A stretch of DNA of 37,346 bases, from the NCBI GenBank assembly GCA_944384555.1, contig CALWTV010000026.1, forward strand, positions 1 through 37,346, in the 5' to 3' direction. The stretch comes from an uncultured Clostridia bacterium. GTDB lineage: Bacteria > Bacillota > Clostridia > Oscillospirales > CAG-272. Under the pieces are notes generated by a model. The model was not told the DNA's origin. It was given only the letters and a program-made list of their open reading frames with translations, and made no database searches. The position numbers were made by a program, and so were the translations under genes. The first letter of the stretch is position 1. Each line of letters begins with the position of its first letter. Positions 1 to 9,681 of this stretch are shown one piece after another.

Positions 1-1
1 C

Positions 2-1690
2 GTAAGAGTCGGAGAGGCACATCTTATCGGGGAAATTATAGAAATGCACGGCGACCGCGCTTCCGTTCAGGTTTATGAAGAAACTGCTGGACTTGGACGC
101 GGTGACAGTGTTATCTCAACCGGTGCGCCGCTTTCCGTTGAACTCGGTCCCGGTTTGCTTACCAGTATATATGACGGAATTCAGCGCCCCCTTGTGGCAA
201 TGCGTGAACTTTCCGGTTCAAATATCAAAAAGGGTGTCGATTTGCCGTCACTCGATAGAGAAAAAAAGTGGCACTTTACAGCGGAAATTCATCATGACGA
301 CTATGTAAAGGGCGGCGATATATGCGGCTATGTTCAGGAAACTGAATTTATTCGCCATAAAATAATGGTGCCTCCCGGAATTTCCGGCAAGGTTGAAAAA
401 ATCAAGGACGGCGATTACACAGTAGAGGAAACAGTCGGAATTATCCGCACTGATAAAGGCGAAAATTATGAGCTGCGCTTAATGCAGAAATGGCCTGTAA
501 GGCGCAGCCGTCCTTATGCGAAAAAACTGCCGCCCGCAGAACCTATGATTACCGGACAGCGTATAATCGACTCGCTTTTCCCAATTGCGAAAGGCGGTAC
601 GGCATGTGTTCCGGGACCTTTCGGAAGCGGTAAGACTGTTGTTCAGCATCAGCTCGCAAAATGGAGCGACGTTGATCTCGTTGTATACATCGGTTGCGGT
701 GAACGCGGAAACGAAATGACTGACGTTTTAAACGAATTTCCCGAAATCACAGACCCGCATACCGGCGAATCTCTGATGAAACGTACCGTTTTAATCGCTA
801 ATACCTCGGATATGCCTGTTGCGGCACGTGAGGCGTCGATTTATACCGGTATTACAATCGCTGAATATTTCCGTGATATGGGATACAGCGTTGCAGTTAT
901 CGCGGATTCAACTTCACGCTGGGCGGAGGCTCTGCGTGAAATGTCGGGACGTCTTGAGGAAATGCCCGGTGAAGAAGGTTATCCCGCTTACCTCACTTCA
1001 AGACTTGCACAGTTCTATGAGCGTGCCGGAAAAGTTGTATGTCTCGGAGGAGATGAACGTATCGGTACTCTTTCCGCTATCGGTGCAGTATCACCTCAGG
1101 GCGGTGATATATCAGAGCCGGTTTCTCAGGCAACACTCCGTATTGTAAAAGTATTCTGGGGACTTGACGCTTCGCTCGCTTACCGCCGTCACTTTCCGGC
1201 GATAAACTGGCTTAATTCATACTCGCTTTACAAGGATAGACTTGAGGGCTGGTATCGCAAAAACGTTTCTGGAAACTGGATGGCACTTGTTACGGAATGC
1301 GGACGTATCTTACAGCTTGAAAGCGAACTTGACGAAATAGTAAAATTAGTCGGTGTAGACGCGCTTTCTCCATCAGACCGCCTTACTCTCGAAGTTGCGC
1401 GCAGTTTGAGAGAAGACTTTTTACAGCAAAACGCTTTCATGGAAGAAGACTCATATACATCGCTTAAAAAGCAATATGGCTTGCTTGACTTGATTTTATA
1501 TTTCCGTGACGCGGCTCAGAAAGCGCTTGACAATGACGCTGATATTCAAAAAATCGCCGACCTTGATGTGCGTGAGGAAATCGGACGTGCAAAGACTGCT
1601 TCCGAAAGCGATTACGAGGAAATATATAAACAGATTAAGAGTAAAATAGATAAGGCACTTGCTGAAATTACTTCCGGGGGTGATAGATAA
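2..1690 (+). CDS. ntpA: V-type ATP synthase catalytic subunit A (5' end outside the window)
   Basis: The frame is open from the window edge ([31 protein letters not shown]...). It has Walker [10 protein letters not shown] and the conserved [27 protein letters not shown] block. B and D subunit genes follow directly. Confidence 0.95.
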   Translation, partial: VRVGEAHLIGEIIEMHGDRASVQVYEETAGLGRGDSVISTGAPLSVELGPGLLTSIYDGIQRPLVAMRELSGSNIKKGVDLPSLDREKKWHFTAEIHHDDYVKGGDICGYVQETEFIRHKIMVPPGISGKVEKIKDGDYTVEETVGIIRTDKGENYELRLMQKWPVRRSRPYAKKLPPAEPMITGQRIIDSLFPIAKGGTACVPGPFGSGKTVVQHQLAKWSDVDLVVYIGCGERGNEMTDVLNEFPEITDPHTGESLMKRTVLIANTSDMPVAAREASIYTGITIAEYFRDMGYSVAVIADSTSRWAEALREMSGRLEEMPGEEGYPAYLTSRLAQFYERAGKVVCLGGDERIGTLSAIGAVSPQGGDISEPVSQATLRIVKVFWGLDASLAYRRHFPAINWLNSYSLYKDRLEGWYRKNVSGNWMALVTECGRILQLESELDEIVKLVGVDALSPSDRLTLEVARSLREDFLQQNAFMEEDSYTSLKKQYGLLDLILYFRDAAQKALDNDADIQKIADLDVREEIGRAKTASESDYEEIYKQIKSKIDKALAEITSGGDR

Positions 1691-3060
1691 TGATTCGTGA
1701 ATACAAAACAATTGAAGAAGTAGCCGGCCCCCTTATGCTTGTAAAGAGAGTCGAGGGCGTAAAATATGACGAACTCGGTGAGATAGAACTGCCCGACGGC
1801 GAAATCAGACGCTGCCGTGTGCTTGAAGTCAACGGCTCAAACGTACTCGTTCAGCTTTTTGAAAGCAGTGCCGGACTTAATCTCGCATACAGCAAAGTAA
1901 GATTTACCGGTCACGGAGTTAGACTTCCCGTTTCCCGCGATATGCTCGGGCGAGTTTTCAACGGAATGGGCGAGCCTATTGACGGCGGTGCGAAGATTAT
2001 TCCCGAGGATATGCTTGACATAAACGGTACACCGATAAATCCGGCGGCGAGAAATTATCCGTCAGAATTTATTCAAACCGGAATATCAACAATAGACGGG
2101 CTTAATACACTTGTAAGAGGTCAGAAGCTCCCGATTTTCTCCGGCTCAGGTCTGCCTCACGCTAACCTTGCGGCTCAGATTGCTCGTCAGGCTAAAGTGC
2201 GCGGAACTGATTCAAATTTCGCGGTTGTATTTGCCGCTGTCGGAATTACGTTTGAAGAAGCTGATTTCTTTACGTCTGACTTTGCCAAAACTGGTGCGAT
2301 TGACCGAACAGTTTTGTTTATAAATCTTGCGTCTGACGCGGCGATTGAACGTATTTCCACACCACGAATGGCACTTACTGCGGCAGAATATCTGGCATTT
2401 GAATGTAATATGCACGTGCTTGTAATTATAACCGATATTACAAACTATGCGGAGGCACTGCGTGAAGTTTCTGCGGCGAGAAAGGAAGTTCCGGGCAGAC
2501 GTGGATATCCGGGTTATCTTTACACCGACCTTGCAACAATGTATGAGCGTGCAGGAAGAAAAATGGGCAGTGACGGTTCAATCACGATGATTCCGATACT
2601 CACCATGCCGGAAGATGACAAAACGCACCCTATCCCCGACCTTACCGGATATATTACCGAGGGACAGATTATTTTGTCAAGAGAAATGTACAGAAAAGGT
2701 TATATGCCGCCGGTAGACGTTCTTCCGTCACTTTCCCGACTCAAAGATAAAGGTATCGGCGATGGAAAAACACGTGAAGACCATGCCAATACTATGAATC
2801 AGCTTTTCTCAAGCTATGCAAGAGGTAAGGACGCAAAAGAGCTTATGGTCGTATTAGGTGAAGCTGCGCTTACCCCGATTGACCGCCTTTACGCAAAATT
2901 TGCCGATGAATTTGAGGCTAGATATATAAATCAGGGATTTAACGAAAACAGAACGATAGAGGAAACGCTTGACTTGGGCTGGGAACTTTTAAAAATACTC
3001 CCACGTTCTGAAATGAAGCGTATAAGTACAAAAATACTTGATAAGTACTGGCCTAAGTAA
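1690..3060 (+). CDS. ntpB: V-type ATP synthase subunit B
   Basis: 456 aa. The start overlaps the subunit A stop (TAATG). Conserved blocks include [54 protein letters not shown] and [22 protein letters not shown]. Confidence 0.95.
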   Translation: MIREYKTIEEVAGPLMLVKRVEGVKYDELGEIELPDGEIRRCRVLEVNGSNVLVQLFESSAGLNLAYSKVRFTGHGVRLPVSRDMLGRVFNGMGEPIDGGAKIIPEDMLDINGTPINPAARNYPSEFIQTGISTIDGLNTLVRGQKLPIFSGSGLPHANLAAQIARQAKVRGTDSNFAVVFAAVGITFEEADFFTSDFAKTGAIDRTVLFINLASDAAIERISTPRMALTAAEYLAFECNMHVLVIITDITNYAEALREVSAARKEVPGRRGYPGYLYTDLATMYERAGRKMGSDGSITMIPILTMPEDDKTHPIPDLTGYITEGQIILSREMYRKGYMPPVDVLPSLSRLKDKGIGDGKTREDHANTMNQLFSSYARGKDAKELMVVLGEAALTPIDRLYAKFADEFEARYINQGFNENRTIEETLDLGWELLKILPRSEMKRISTKILDKYWPK

Positions 3061-3118
3061 ACTAAAAAAGTTTATATATTGCCTAAAATTATTTCTTTAA
3101 AAGAAAAGAGGTGGTATA

Positions 3119-3802
3119 ATGGCAGAAATTAAGGTCAATCCAACAAGAATGGAGCTGAAAAAGCTCAAAACACGTCTTGTAATGGCAAAAAGAGGACATA
3201 AACTGCTCAAAGATAAGCGTGATGAGCTCATGAAGCAGTTTTTGGACATTGTCCGAGAAGCGAAAGACCTGCGCCGTTCAATTGAAGGTGGTTTCGACGG
3301 ATATCGCAACAGTTTCTCACAAGCAGCGGCTCTGACTGATAAAAAGGTTATGACTGAATCGCTTATTCTGCCCAGTGCAATGGGTACACTTGAAGTCGAT
3401 TACAAAAATATAATGAGCGTAGTTACCCCTGTATTCAAATTTGAAATGACCGGAGATACAGAATCCGGCGGCGCAAATTACGGTCTTGCTTTCACTTCAT
3501 CTGCACTTGACGGAGCGCTTTCAGAACTCGGTACAATGACATCGGATTTTGTACATTTGGCGGAACTTGAAAAAACCGCACTTCTGCTTTGTGATGAAAT
3601 AGAGCGTACACGCCGCCGCGTAAATGCGCTTGAATATATTATGATTCCGCAGCTTGAAGACGGAATAAAGCGTATATCGATGAAACTTGATGAAAACGAG
3701 CGCGGAAATTTAACCAGACTTATGAAAGTCAAGGATATGATTGCTGTAAAAGCAATTAAAGAAAAAGGCGGAGATTTCATAGACTCAGACACAGAAGAAT
3801 AA
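3119..3802 (+). CDS. ntpD: V-type ATP synthase subunit D
   Basis: 227 aa. The N-terminus VNPTRMELKKLKTRLVMAKRGHKLLKDKRDEL and the C-terminal RRVNALEYIMIPQLE are typical of V/A-ATPase D. An SD (AGAGGTGG) precedes the ATG, and the gene sits after A and B. Confidence 0.9.
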   Translation: MAEIKVNPTRMELKKLKTRLVMAKRGHKLLKDKRDELMKQFLDIVREAKDLRRSIEGGFDGYRNSFSQAAALTDKKVMTESLILPSAMGTLEVDYKNIMSVVTPVFKFEMTGDTESGGANYGLAFTSSALDGALSELGTMTSDFVHLAELEKTALLLCDEIERTRRRVNALEYIMIPQLEDGIKRISMKLDENERGNLTRLMKVKDMIAVKAIKEKGGDFIDSDTEE

Positions 3803-3831
3803 AAATCAATAATTATATTTTTTAATAACTA

Positions 3832-4386
3832 ATGCTTAACAAAGAAATATCTAGCTCTGTACAATACCGAAATTTGTTGATTGAAGAAATATCTTTTGAC
3901 TTGTTTAAAGGCTTCATTCGACATCAAGTCGTAACAAAATGTTGGCGAAGGGAAAATGGAAACTGGATAATTAAAGATGACCCGTTTATCGATGAATGGA
4001 GTAATGATGATTATCAAATATTAATATCAGACTTAAAGCATACAATAATTACAGGCGGTTTTGTATATGGTGCTTTTTATAATGGTATTATGAAAGGTTT
4101 TGTTTCCGTAGAACCCGGTTTGTTTGGGGAAAATCGAGAGTATCTTGATTTATCAAACATTCACGTATCAGAGGATTTACGAAACAAAGGAATAGGCACG
4201 TCCCTTTTCAACGCCGCCAAAGAGTGGGCAAAAAGAAATGGAGCAAATAAACTATATATTTCTGCCCATTCTGCTGTTGAAAGCCAGGCATTTTACAAAC
4301 GAATGGGATGTGTTGAAGCACAGGTATACAGCCAAAAACACGTTGACAAAGAACCATATGATTGTCAGCTTGAATATAAATTATAG
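3832..4386 (+). CDS. GNAT family N-acetyltransferase
   Basis: 184 aa with the acetyl-CoA motif A VSEDLRNKGIGTSLFNAAKEWAKRNG and a C-terminal FYKRMGC. There is no clear SD before the annotated ATG, so the exact start is uncertain. The stop is TAG. Confidence 0.75.
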   Translation: MLNKEISSSVQYRNLLIEEISFDLFKGFIRHQVVTKCWRRENGNWIIKDDPFIDEWSNDDYQILISDLKHTIITGGFVYGAFYNGIMKGFVSVEPGLFGENREYLDLSNIHVSEDLRNKGIGTSLFNAAKEWAKRNGANKLYISAHSAVESQAFYKRMGCVEAQVYSQKHVDKEPYDCQLEYKL

Positions 4387-4568
4387 AAAAAATATTAATT
4401 TAATAATTAATATAAACTTTCAAAAAAAATTTTTTTAATTCGCGGAACTTTATTTATAATGCATGCGTCTCTATATACGATTAAATTTCAAGTAATGTGA
4501 TAGAAGAACATCAATTACATTACTTAACATTAATCACATATTAAAACAAAAGAAAAGGATATTGTATT

Positions 4569-5363
4569 ATGAATAAGAAATTAACTTTAATGGCAATAAA
4601 CTGCATTCTCGCATGTATATTAATGAATCAAGTTGCGGCAACCGGATTTATAGTTCCGATTAAAAATGCTGACAAATCAAACGCAATAAAAGAAGAAATC
4701 ACTGAAACTGTGGATACAGAAGAAATCGTCGAAGAGAAAACCGAAGAAGAAAAAAATGATTCAGAGGAAACCGCAGATACAGAAGAAACTGAAGAAACCG
4801 TTATGCCTAACAGTGTTTTATACTATGGAACAGTTGAAAATATTATAAAAGATGATGACGGTAATATTACTCAGATAGCGCTAAGCTCTGAACGCTACGG
4901 AGAATATATCATGAATGTATCTGAAGAAACTGTATGGGTTGACAGCGGAAATTACTGCGCGTCAAATCCTTCAGATTTAGAAGTAGGCGAAGAAATTTAT
5001 ATATTCCACAGTGCAGTTTCCACAAGATCACTTCCTCCGCAGTCTGCCGCATATGCAGTTGTACGCAATATTCCAACGGATGTCGGCTGTGCTATGTATC
5101 ATAAGGTAGAAGCTGTTGAAAAAGATGAAGACGGCAATCTGAAAATTACAACTGACAACGGTGGTCTCTATATCCGCACAGCAGAAGAAACAAAATTCTC
5201 TCCATATATGACAAAAAATATTGTAACTGCTGATGATATAAAAGTCGGTTCATATATCATGGCATGGTATAATGTTGTAGCTATGTCATATCCGGGTCAG
5301 GCTTATGCAGGTCATATTATGATTCTCCCTGACATAGCGGACAGTGCTGAAATTGCCGAATAA
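4569..5363 (+). CDS. Secreted hypothetical protein with an acidic Glu/Thr-rich linker
   Basis: 264 aa. It has an N-terminal signal-like segment (KKLTLMAINCILACILMNQVAA) and an acidic low-complexity stretch (EEITETVDTEEIVEEKTEEEKNDSEETADTEETEET). An SD AAAGGA lies upstream and a hairpin terminator downstream. I recognise no family. Confidence 0.6.
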   Translation: MNKKLTLMAINCILACILMNQVAATGFIVPIKNADKSNAIKEEITETVDTEEIVEEKTEEEKNDSEETADTEETEETVMPNSVLYYGTVENIIKDDDGNITQIALSSERYGEYIMNVSEETVWVDSGNYCASNPSDLEVGEEIYIFHSAVSTRSLPPQSAAYAVVRNIPTDVGCAMYHKVEAVEKDEDGNLKITTDNGGLYIRTAEETKFSPYMTKNIVTADDIKVGSYIMAWYNVVAMSYPGQAYAGHIMILPDIADSAEIAE

Positions 5364-5383
5364 TAAATATAAATATAAAAATG

Positions 5384-5410
5384 AGAGCGGAAAATATATC
5401 TTCCCGCTCT
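5384..5410. terminator. Bidirectional hairpin terminator between convergent genes
   Basis: AGAGCGG (5384-5390) pairs with CCGCTCT (5404-5410) across an AT-rich loop, and T/A runs flank both sides. It lies between the stop of the 4569..5363 gene and the stop of the 53-codon minus-strand ORF. Confidence 0.5.
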
Positions 5411-5419
5411 ATATTATTT

Positions 5420-5581
5420 TCATAAAAACCATACGTTTGTACAAAAAAGCACAAATATCACAAATGCGATTATAAATATCCCTCCGACAAATAATCCGGC
5501 GGCAACCGCATTTATTATTATGGAAAAAGTTTCTCTATGAGATAATTCTTCGCTTGTATTTTCGGTTTCTTTATTATTCAT
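5420..5581 (-). CDS. Small (53 aa) single-pass membrane peptide, translationally coupled to the upstream ABC ATPase gene
   Basis: Hand translation gives MNNKETENTSEELSHRETFSIIINAVAAGLFVGGIFIIAFVIFVLFCTNVWFL, ending in TGA. The ATG overlaps the last codons of the ATPase gene (AAAAATGAATAA) and is preceded by GGGGG at SD distance. One strongly hydrophobic helix is present, and the terminator at 5384-5410 follows. The ORF is below the 60-aa cutoff of the ORF track. Confidence 0.45.
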   Translation of the reverse strand: MNNKETENTSEELSHRETFSIIINAVAAGLFVGGIFIIAFVIFVLFCTNVWFL

Positions 5582-6593
5582 TTTTAGCCCCCGAACCTTT
5601 TATATCATTATCATAAAGATGACAAGCCGTGTAATGATTTGGTTCAATTTCCGCAAATATCGGCACTTCTGTTTTACATCTATCCATACAATAACGGCAT
5701 CTGGTGTGAAATTTACAGCCATGCGGGGGATTGGCCGGAGAGGGAATACTTCCTTCAAGTATGATACGGTTCATTTTAAAATTCGGGTCCGGTACGGGTA
5801 TCGCACTGAAAAGAGCCTTTGTATAAGGGTGAAGCGGATTTTTGAACAAATCTCTTTTATTCCCGAATTCTACTATATTTCCAAGATACATAACGCCGAC
5901 AGTATCGGAAATATATTCTACTACCGATAAATCATGCGATATAAACAAATAAGTGAGATTATATTTTTCGGATAAATCGCAGAGAAGATTTATAATCTGT
6001 GCCTGAATTGATACGTCAAGCGCCGATACAGGTTCATCGCATACTACAAATTCGGGGTTTAAAGCAAGTGCTCGGGCGATACAGATTCGCTGACGCTGAC
6101 CTCCCGAAAATTCATGCGGATAACGGTTTTTATGAAAGCTCTGAAGTCCGCACGAACGCATAATTTCATCAATATAATCATGATATTCCGCAGGCGGGAC
6201 AATTTTATGTTCACGCACCGCCTCTCCGATTATCTCACCTACGGGAAGACGCGGTGACAGTGACGAATATGGGTCTTGGAAAATAAGCTGCATTTTTGTG
6301 CGTTGTTTTCTCAGCTCCGATTTATTCATATTAAAAATATCCTTGCCATCGAATTTTACAGAGCCGCCCGTCTTTTCCATAAGCCGCAGTATGGTTCTTC
6401 CCGCAGTAGATTTTCCGCAGCCGCTTTCTCCGACAAGTCCCATTGTACTGCCTCGCCGCAGATTGAACGTAATACCGTCAACCGCTCTGACATTACCTGT
6501 TACACGCTGAAAAAATCCACTTCTTATCGGAAAATATTTTTTCAAATTTTCAACCTCAAGGATATAGTCAGTGAGGTTTTCTGATTTATTCAT
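5574..6593 (-). CDS. Oligopeptide/dipeptide ABC transporter ATP-binding protein (OppF/DppF type)
   Basis: 339 aa with Walker A GESGCGKST, signature FSGGQRQR, Walker B VVCDEPVSALD, and the C-terminal oligopeptide-type extension with Cys residues (HGCKFHTRCRYCMDRC). Confidence 0.9.
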   Translation of the reverse strand: MNKSENLTDYILEVENLKKYFPIRSGFFQRVTGNVRAVDGITFNLRRGSTMGLVGESGCGKSTAGRTILRLMEKTGGSVKFDGKDIFNMNKSELRKQRTKMQLIFQDPYSSLSPRLPVGEIIGEAVREHKIVPPAEYHDYIDEIMRSCGLQSFHKNRYPHEFSGGQRQRICIARALALNPEFVVCDEPVSALDVSIQAQIINLLCDLSEKYNLTYLFISHDLSVVEYISDTVGVMYLGNIVEFGNKRDLFKNPLHPYTKALFSAIPVPDPNFKMNRIILEGSIPSPANPPHGCKFHTRCRYCMDRCKTEVPIFAEIEPNHYTACHLYDNDIKGSGAKNE

Positions 6594-7791
6594 GATTTTT
6601 AATTCCTCCTATATCCTTATTTTTGCAATATAAATAACAGTTGACATAATGTGTGGGTGAGAGTTGAAATTCCGTTGGATACTCAGCCGCGCATTTATCG
6701 AAGCGGCGCTCGCATCTGTCACGAAAATAACAGTAATTCGGCATATTTACGGGGTTCGGCACACTTCCCGGTATACTGTACAGCCGCTTTTTTGAACGGT
6801 CAGTATTATTTTCATAGTCAGAATTAAGATTTAGTACTGGTTTTGATTTCATAAGTCCTATGGTATAAGGGTGAGCGGGATTACTGAAAATTTCGGCTGC
6901 CGTTCCTTTTTCGATAATCCTGCCCGCATACATGACCGCTACATAATCCGCCATTTCAGCGACTACCCCGAGGTCATGCGTTATCAGTATAACTGAGGAA
7001 TTTATTTTATTTTTAAGTTCTCTCAGCAGCTCAAGAATTTGCGCCTGAATTGTAACGTCAAGTGCGGTAGTGGGTTCATCGGCAATTATCAATCTCGGAC
7101 TGCACGCAAGCGCCATCGCTATACATATTCTCTGACGCATTCCCCCCGAAAGTTCGTGAGGGTAACGTTTATAAACTCCCTCGCTGTCGGCGATTCCTAC
7201 CGTCTTAAGCATCTCAATTGTGCGTGATTTTATTGCGTCTGATGTCATTTCCGGATTGTGAAGTTCAATTACTTCGTCTATCTGCATTCCTATTCTGAAC
7301 ACTGGATTGAGTGAAGTCATCGGTTCCTGAAAAATCATTGAGATTTTATTTCCTCTGAGCTGACGCATTGCGTTTTCCGGCATTTTTGCGATATCGTAAA
7401 CTTTATCGCCCAAATTAAAACATATGCTTCCTTTTACAATCTGACCTTGTGGTCTTTGCAAAAGCTGCATGAGAGAAAGAGATGTAACGGATTTTCCGCA
7501 GCCGCTCTCGCCTACAATACCGACTGTTTTTCCTGCCGGAATTTCAAGTGTTACACCGTCAACCGCTTTTACCGTTCCTATATCAGTAAAAAAATATACG
7601 TGCAAATCATCGAATTCAACTGCATTCATCGGGTCGCGCATTTTGGTAATATACTCATCAGGCTTGACATTTTTCCGTTCCCGCTCTTTTTCATATTTGC
7701 GGATAATTTTACGGTTATGTGCCGAGATTTTACGCAGTTCACCGGAACTTAAATAATTTTTTTTGCTATTGCTTTTTTGTTCTTCAGCCAT
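6586..7791 (-). CDS. Oligopeptide/dipeptide ABC transporter ATP-binding protein (OppD/DppD type) with an N-terminal basic extension
   Basis: 401 aa with Walker A GESGCGKSV, signature LSGGMRQR, Walker B IIADEPTTALD and a C-terminal Cys-rich tail (CYFRDRCERRFDKC). About 55 extra Lys/Arg/Glu-rich residues precede the ABC core. The gene overlaps the next ATPase gene by 8 nt. Confidence 0.9.
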   Translation of the reverse strand: MAEEQKSNSKKNYLSSGELRKISAHNRKIIRKYEKERERKNVKPDEYITKMRDPMNAVEFDDLHVYFFTDIGTVKAVDGVTLEIPAGKTVGIVGESGCGKSVTSLSLMQLLQRPQGQIVKGSICFNLGDKVYDIAKMPENAMRQLRGNKISMIFQEPMTSLNPVFRIGMQIDEVIELHNPEMTSDAIKSRTIEMLKTVGIADSEGVYKRYPHELSGGMRQRICIAMALACSPRLIIADEPTTALDVTIQAQILELLRELKNKINSSVILITHDLGVVAEMADYVAVMYAGRIIEKGTAAEIFSNPAHPYTIGLMKSKPVLNLNSDYENNTDRSKKRLYSIPGSVPNPVNMPNYCYFRDRCERRFDKCAAEYPTEFQLSPTHYVNCYLYCKNKDIGGIKNHE

Positions 7792-7808
7792 ATAAAATCA
7801 CCTCCGGT

Positions 7809-9593
7809 TCAGCGTTTCATTTTCGGGTCGAATGCGTCACGCAGACCGTCACCGACAAAATTAAATCCAAGTACCGTAAGCAGAATAAGAAATCCTGCCG
7901 GTATCCATACAAACCAATAATTTATCATAACGTAACTGTTTGATACCGCATTTATTATATTACCCCATGACGCATATGGAAACTTAACTCCTAATCCTAA
8001 AAATGAAAGCGTTGCTTCCGTAAGAATTATACCTCCAAGTCCCATTGTAGCTACTACTATAAGCTGTGGAATGATGTTCGGTACAAGATGTCGGAAAATT
8101 CGTCTTGATACTCTTATTCCGACTGCTTCCGCGGCTGTCATAAATTCCTGTTCACGTAAGGACAAAATCTGACCTCTCACCAGACGCGCGATTCCTGTCC
8201 AGCCAAGCGCGCCGAGTATCAGCATAAGATAATAAATGCGAATTTTAGGGTCGATTCTAAGCGTATCCATGACCGCACCGATTATAATATACAGCGGATA
8301 TGACGGGATACAGTTTAATATATCGACAATACGCATTATCACGGTATCAGCCGCTCCGCTGAAATACCCCGAAATTCCTCCGAGAATAACTCCGATTATA
8401 AGCTCTATCATTACTACGACAAATCCGATTGTAAGCGAAATTCTGCCGCCGTACATAAGGCGCGTTATAATATCCATGCCGTTGCCGTCAGTACCCAGCC
8501 AATGCTCACGGCTCGGCGGCTCATACATTGAGATTACAAGCGAGCTTGTAAGACTTTTTACCGTAAACTGATTATTCAAACGGTCAATGGAATATTCCTC
8601 TGTTTCGCCGTTTTCATTAGTATAGCTGAAATTTGATGTATTACTGCTTTTTTCCGATGAAATCATATCATCAACCGCTGATTTTACGGCAATTTTAAAT
8701 GACAGCGGCAGATAAACATCATCGGATACAGGTTTTACCACAAACTCCGATACCGTTGCATATTCACTTTTTTCCGTACTGCCATTATCCGAAAGCCTGT
8801 ATATAACTGCTATATCGTCGTTTATATCAACTTCAAATGAATTTTCCTCAAATATAAATTCTGCTCCGTCGTTGATTATCGCTTTTTCAGCGGCGTAAAC
8901 AAATTCATAGTCGGCCTCAGTGCCCATAACCGCATAGTCAAATATCTTTTTTGACGCAATGGCAATATCATTATAATTGACTGCGGTTCCGATTTTATCA
9001 AGTCTTGCGATTCGATAAAGAGTATCGCTCTCTTTTGTGATAAAATATTCAATACCACTCGCTTCAAATGTATCCTCGCCTTTATTAGATGCGAGAATAA
9101 ATTTTGATTTTACTGAAGAATCGAGTTTTTCGCCGGATTTTACTGTATATCTGAAATCAGTATTTTTTACAGCGGAAGCGTATTCTTTAGCCATTGTCTC
9201 ATATTTGCTGAAAATCTGGCTCTCTCCGTATGGAGTAAAAAATCCTCCCACAAACGAAAACAGAAACATTACTATTAAAATTACAAATCCCGTAATCGCA
9301 AGTTTATTCCGCAAAAATCGCTTTACTACCATCATTGTGGGAGATACCATCGGTGCAGATGAAGAAACTTCGGGGGAATTATTTTCAAAATCAGCTTTTT
9401 CTCCAATGTTTAAATTTTTGCTTTCGGATTTATTTCCGAGATTGAATTCAACATCTCCTAAGTTTTCTTTTTCATTTGAATTATTTTCAACTTTATTATA
9501 TTCAAATTCATTTTTATCGGTATTTTCCGAATTATTATTTGTCTTATTATACTCAAATTCGTTCTTATCATTTTTATTAAAGTTATTGTTCAT
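7809..9593 (-). CDS. Peptide ABC transporter permease (OppC/DppC type) with a long N-terminal extension and a large extracytoplasmic insertion
   Basis: 594 aa. The C-terminal ~240 aa is a normal OppC core (EHWLGTDGNGMDIITRLMYGGRISL, MTAAEAVGIRVSRRIFRHLVPN). About 95 Asn/Glu/Lys-rich residues precede TM1. About 230 residues are inserted between TM1 and the HWLGTD motif. Confidence 0.85.
   Translation of the reverse strand: MNNNFNKNDKNEFEYNKTNNNSENTDKNEFEYNKVENNSNEKENLGDVEFNLGNKSESKNLNIGEKADFENNSPEVSSSAPMVSPTMMVVKRFLRNKLAITGFVILIVMFLFSFVGGFFTPYGESQIFSKYETMAKEYASAVKNTDFRYTVKSGEKLDSSVKSKFILASNKGEDTFEASGIEYFITKESDTLYRIARLDKIGTAVNYNDIAIASKKIFDYAVMGTEADYEFVYAAEKAIINDGAEFIFEENSFEVDINDDIAVIYRLSDNGSTEKSEYATVSEFVVKPVSDDVYLPLSFKIAVKSAVDDMISSEKSSNTSNFSYTNENGETEEYSIDRLNNQFTVKSLTSSLVISMYEPPSREHWLGTDGNGMDIITRLMYGGRISLTIGFVVVMIELIIGVILGGISGYFSGAADTVIMRIVDILNCIPSYPLYIIIGAVMDTLRIDPKIRIYYLMLILGALGWTGIARLVRGQILSLREQEFMTAAEAVGIRVSRRIFRHLVPNIIPQLIVVATMGLGGIILTEATLSFLGLGVKFPYASWGNIINAVSNSYVMINYWFVWIPAGFLILLTVLGFNFVGDGLRDAFDPKMKR
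9468..9575 (-). repeat. Imperfect 54-nt (18-codon) tandem duplication inside the permease 5' region
   Basis: The protein reads KNDKNEFEYNKTNNNSEN followed by TDKNEFEYNKVENNSNEK. The DNA shows the matching GATAA(G/A)AA(C/T)GAATTTGA(G/A)TATAATAA repeat. Confidence 0.6.
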
Positions 9594-9681
9594 ATTAAAT
9601 CACCCGATTCTTCTGCGCTGACGTCAATCTCCGTCAGATTCATCTTTTTTATTTCTGAAATCTTTGAACCTGCGTCAAATG

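Noticed and set aside
9037-9621. 194-aa plus-strand ORF
   Set aside because: It is antisense to the Asn/Glu/Lys-rich 5' part of the permease gene. Its Phe/Leu/Ser-rich low-complexity product mirrors that repeat region, so it is a shadow ORF.
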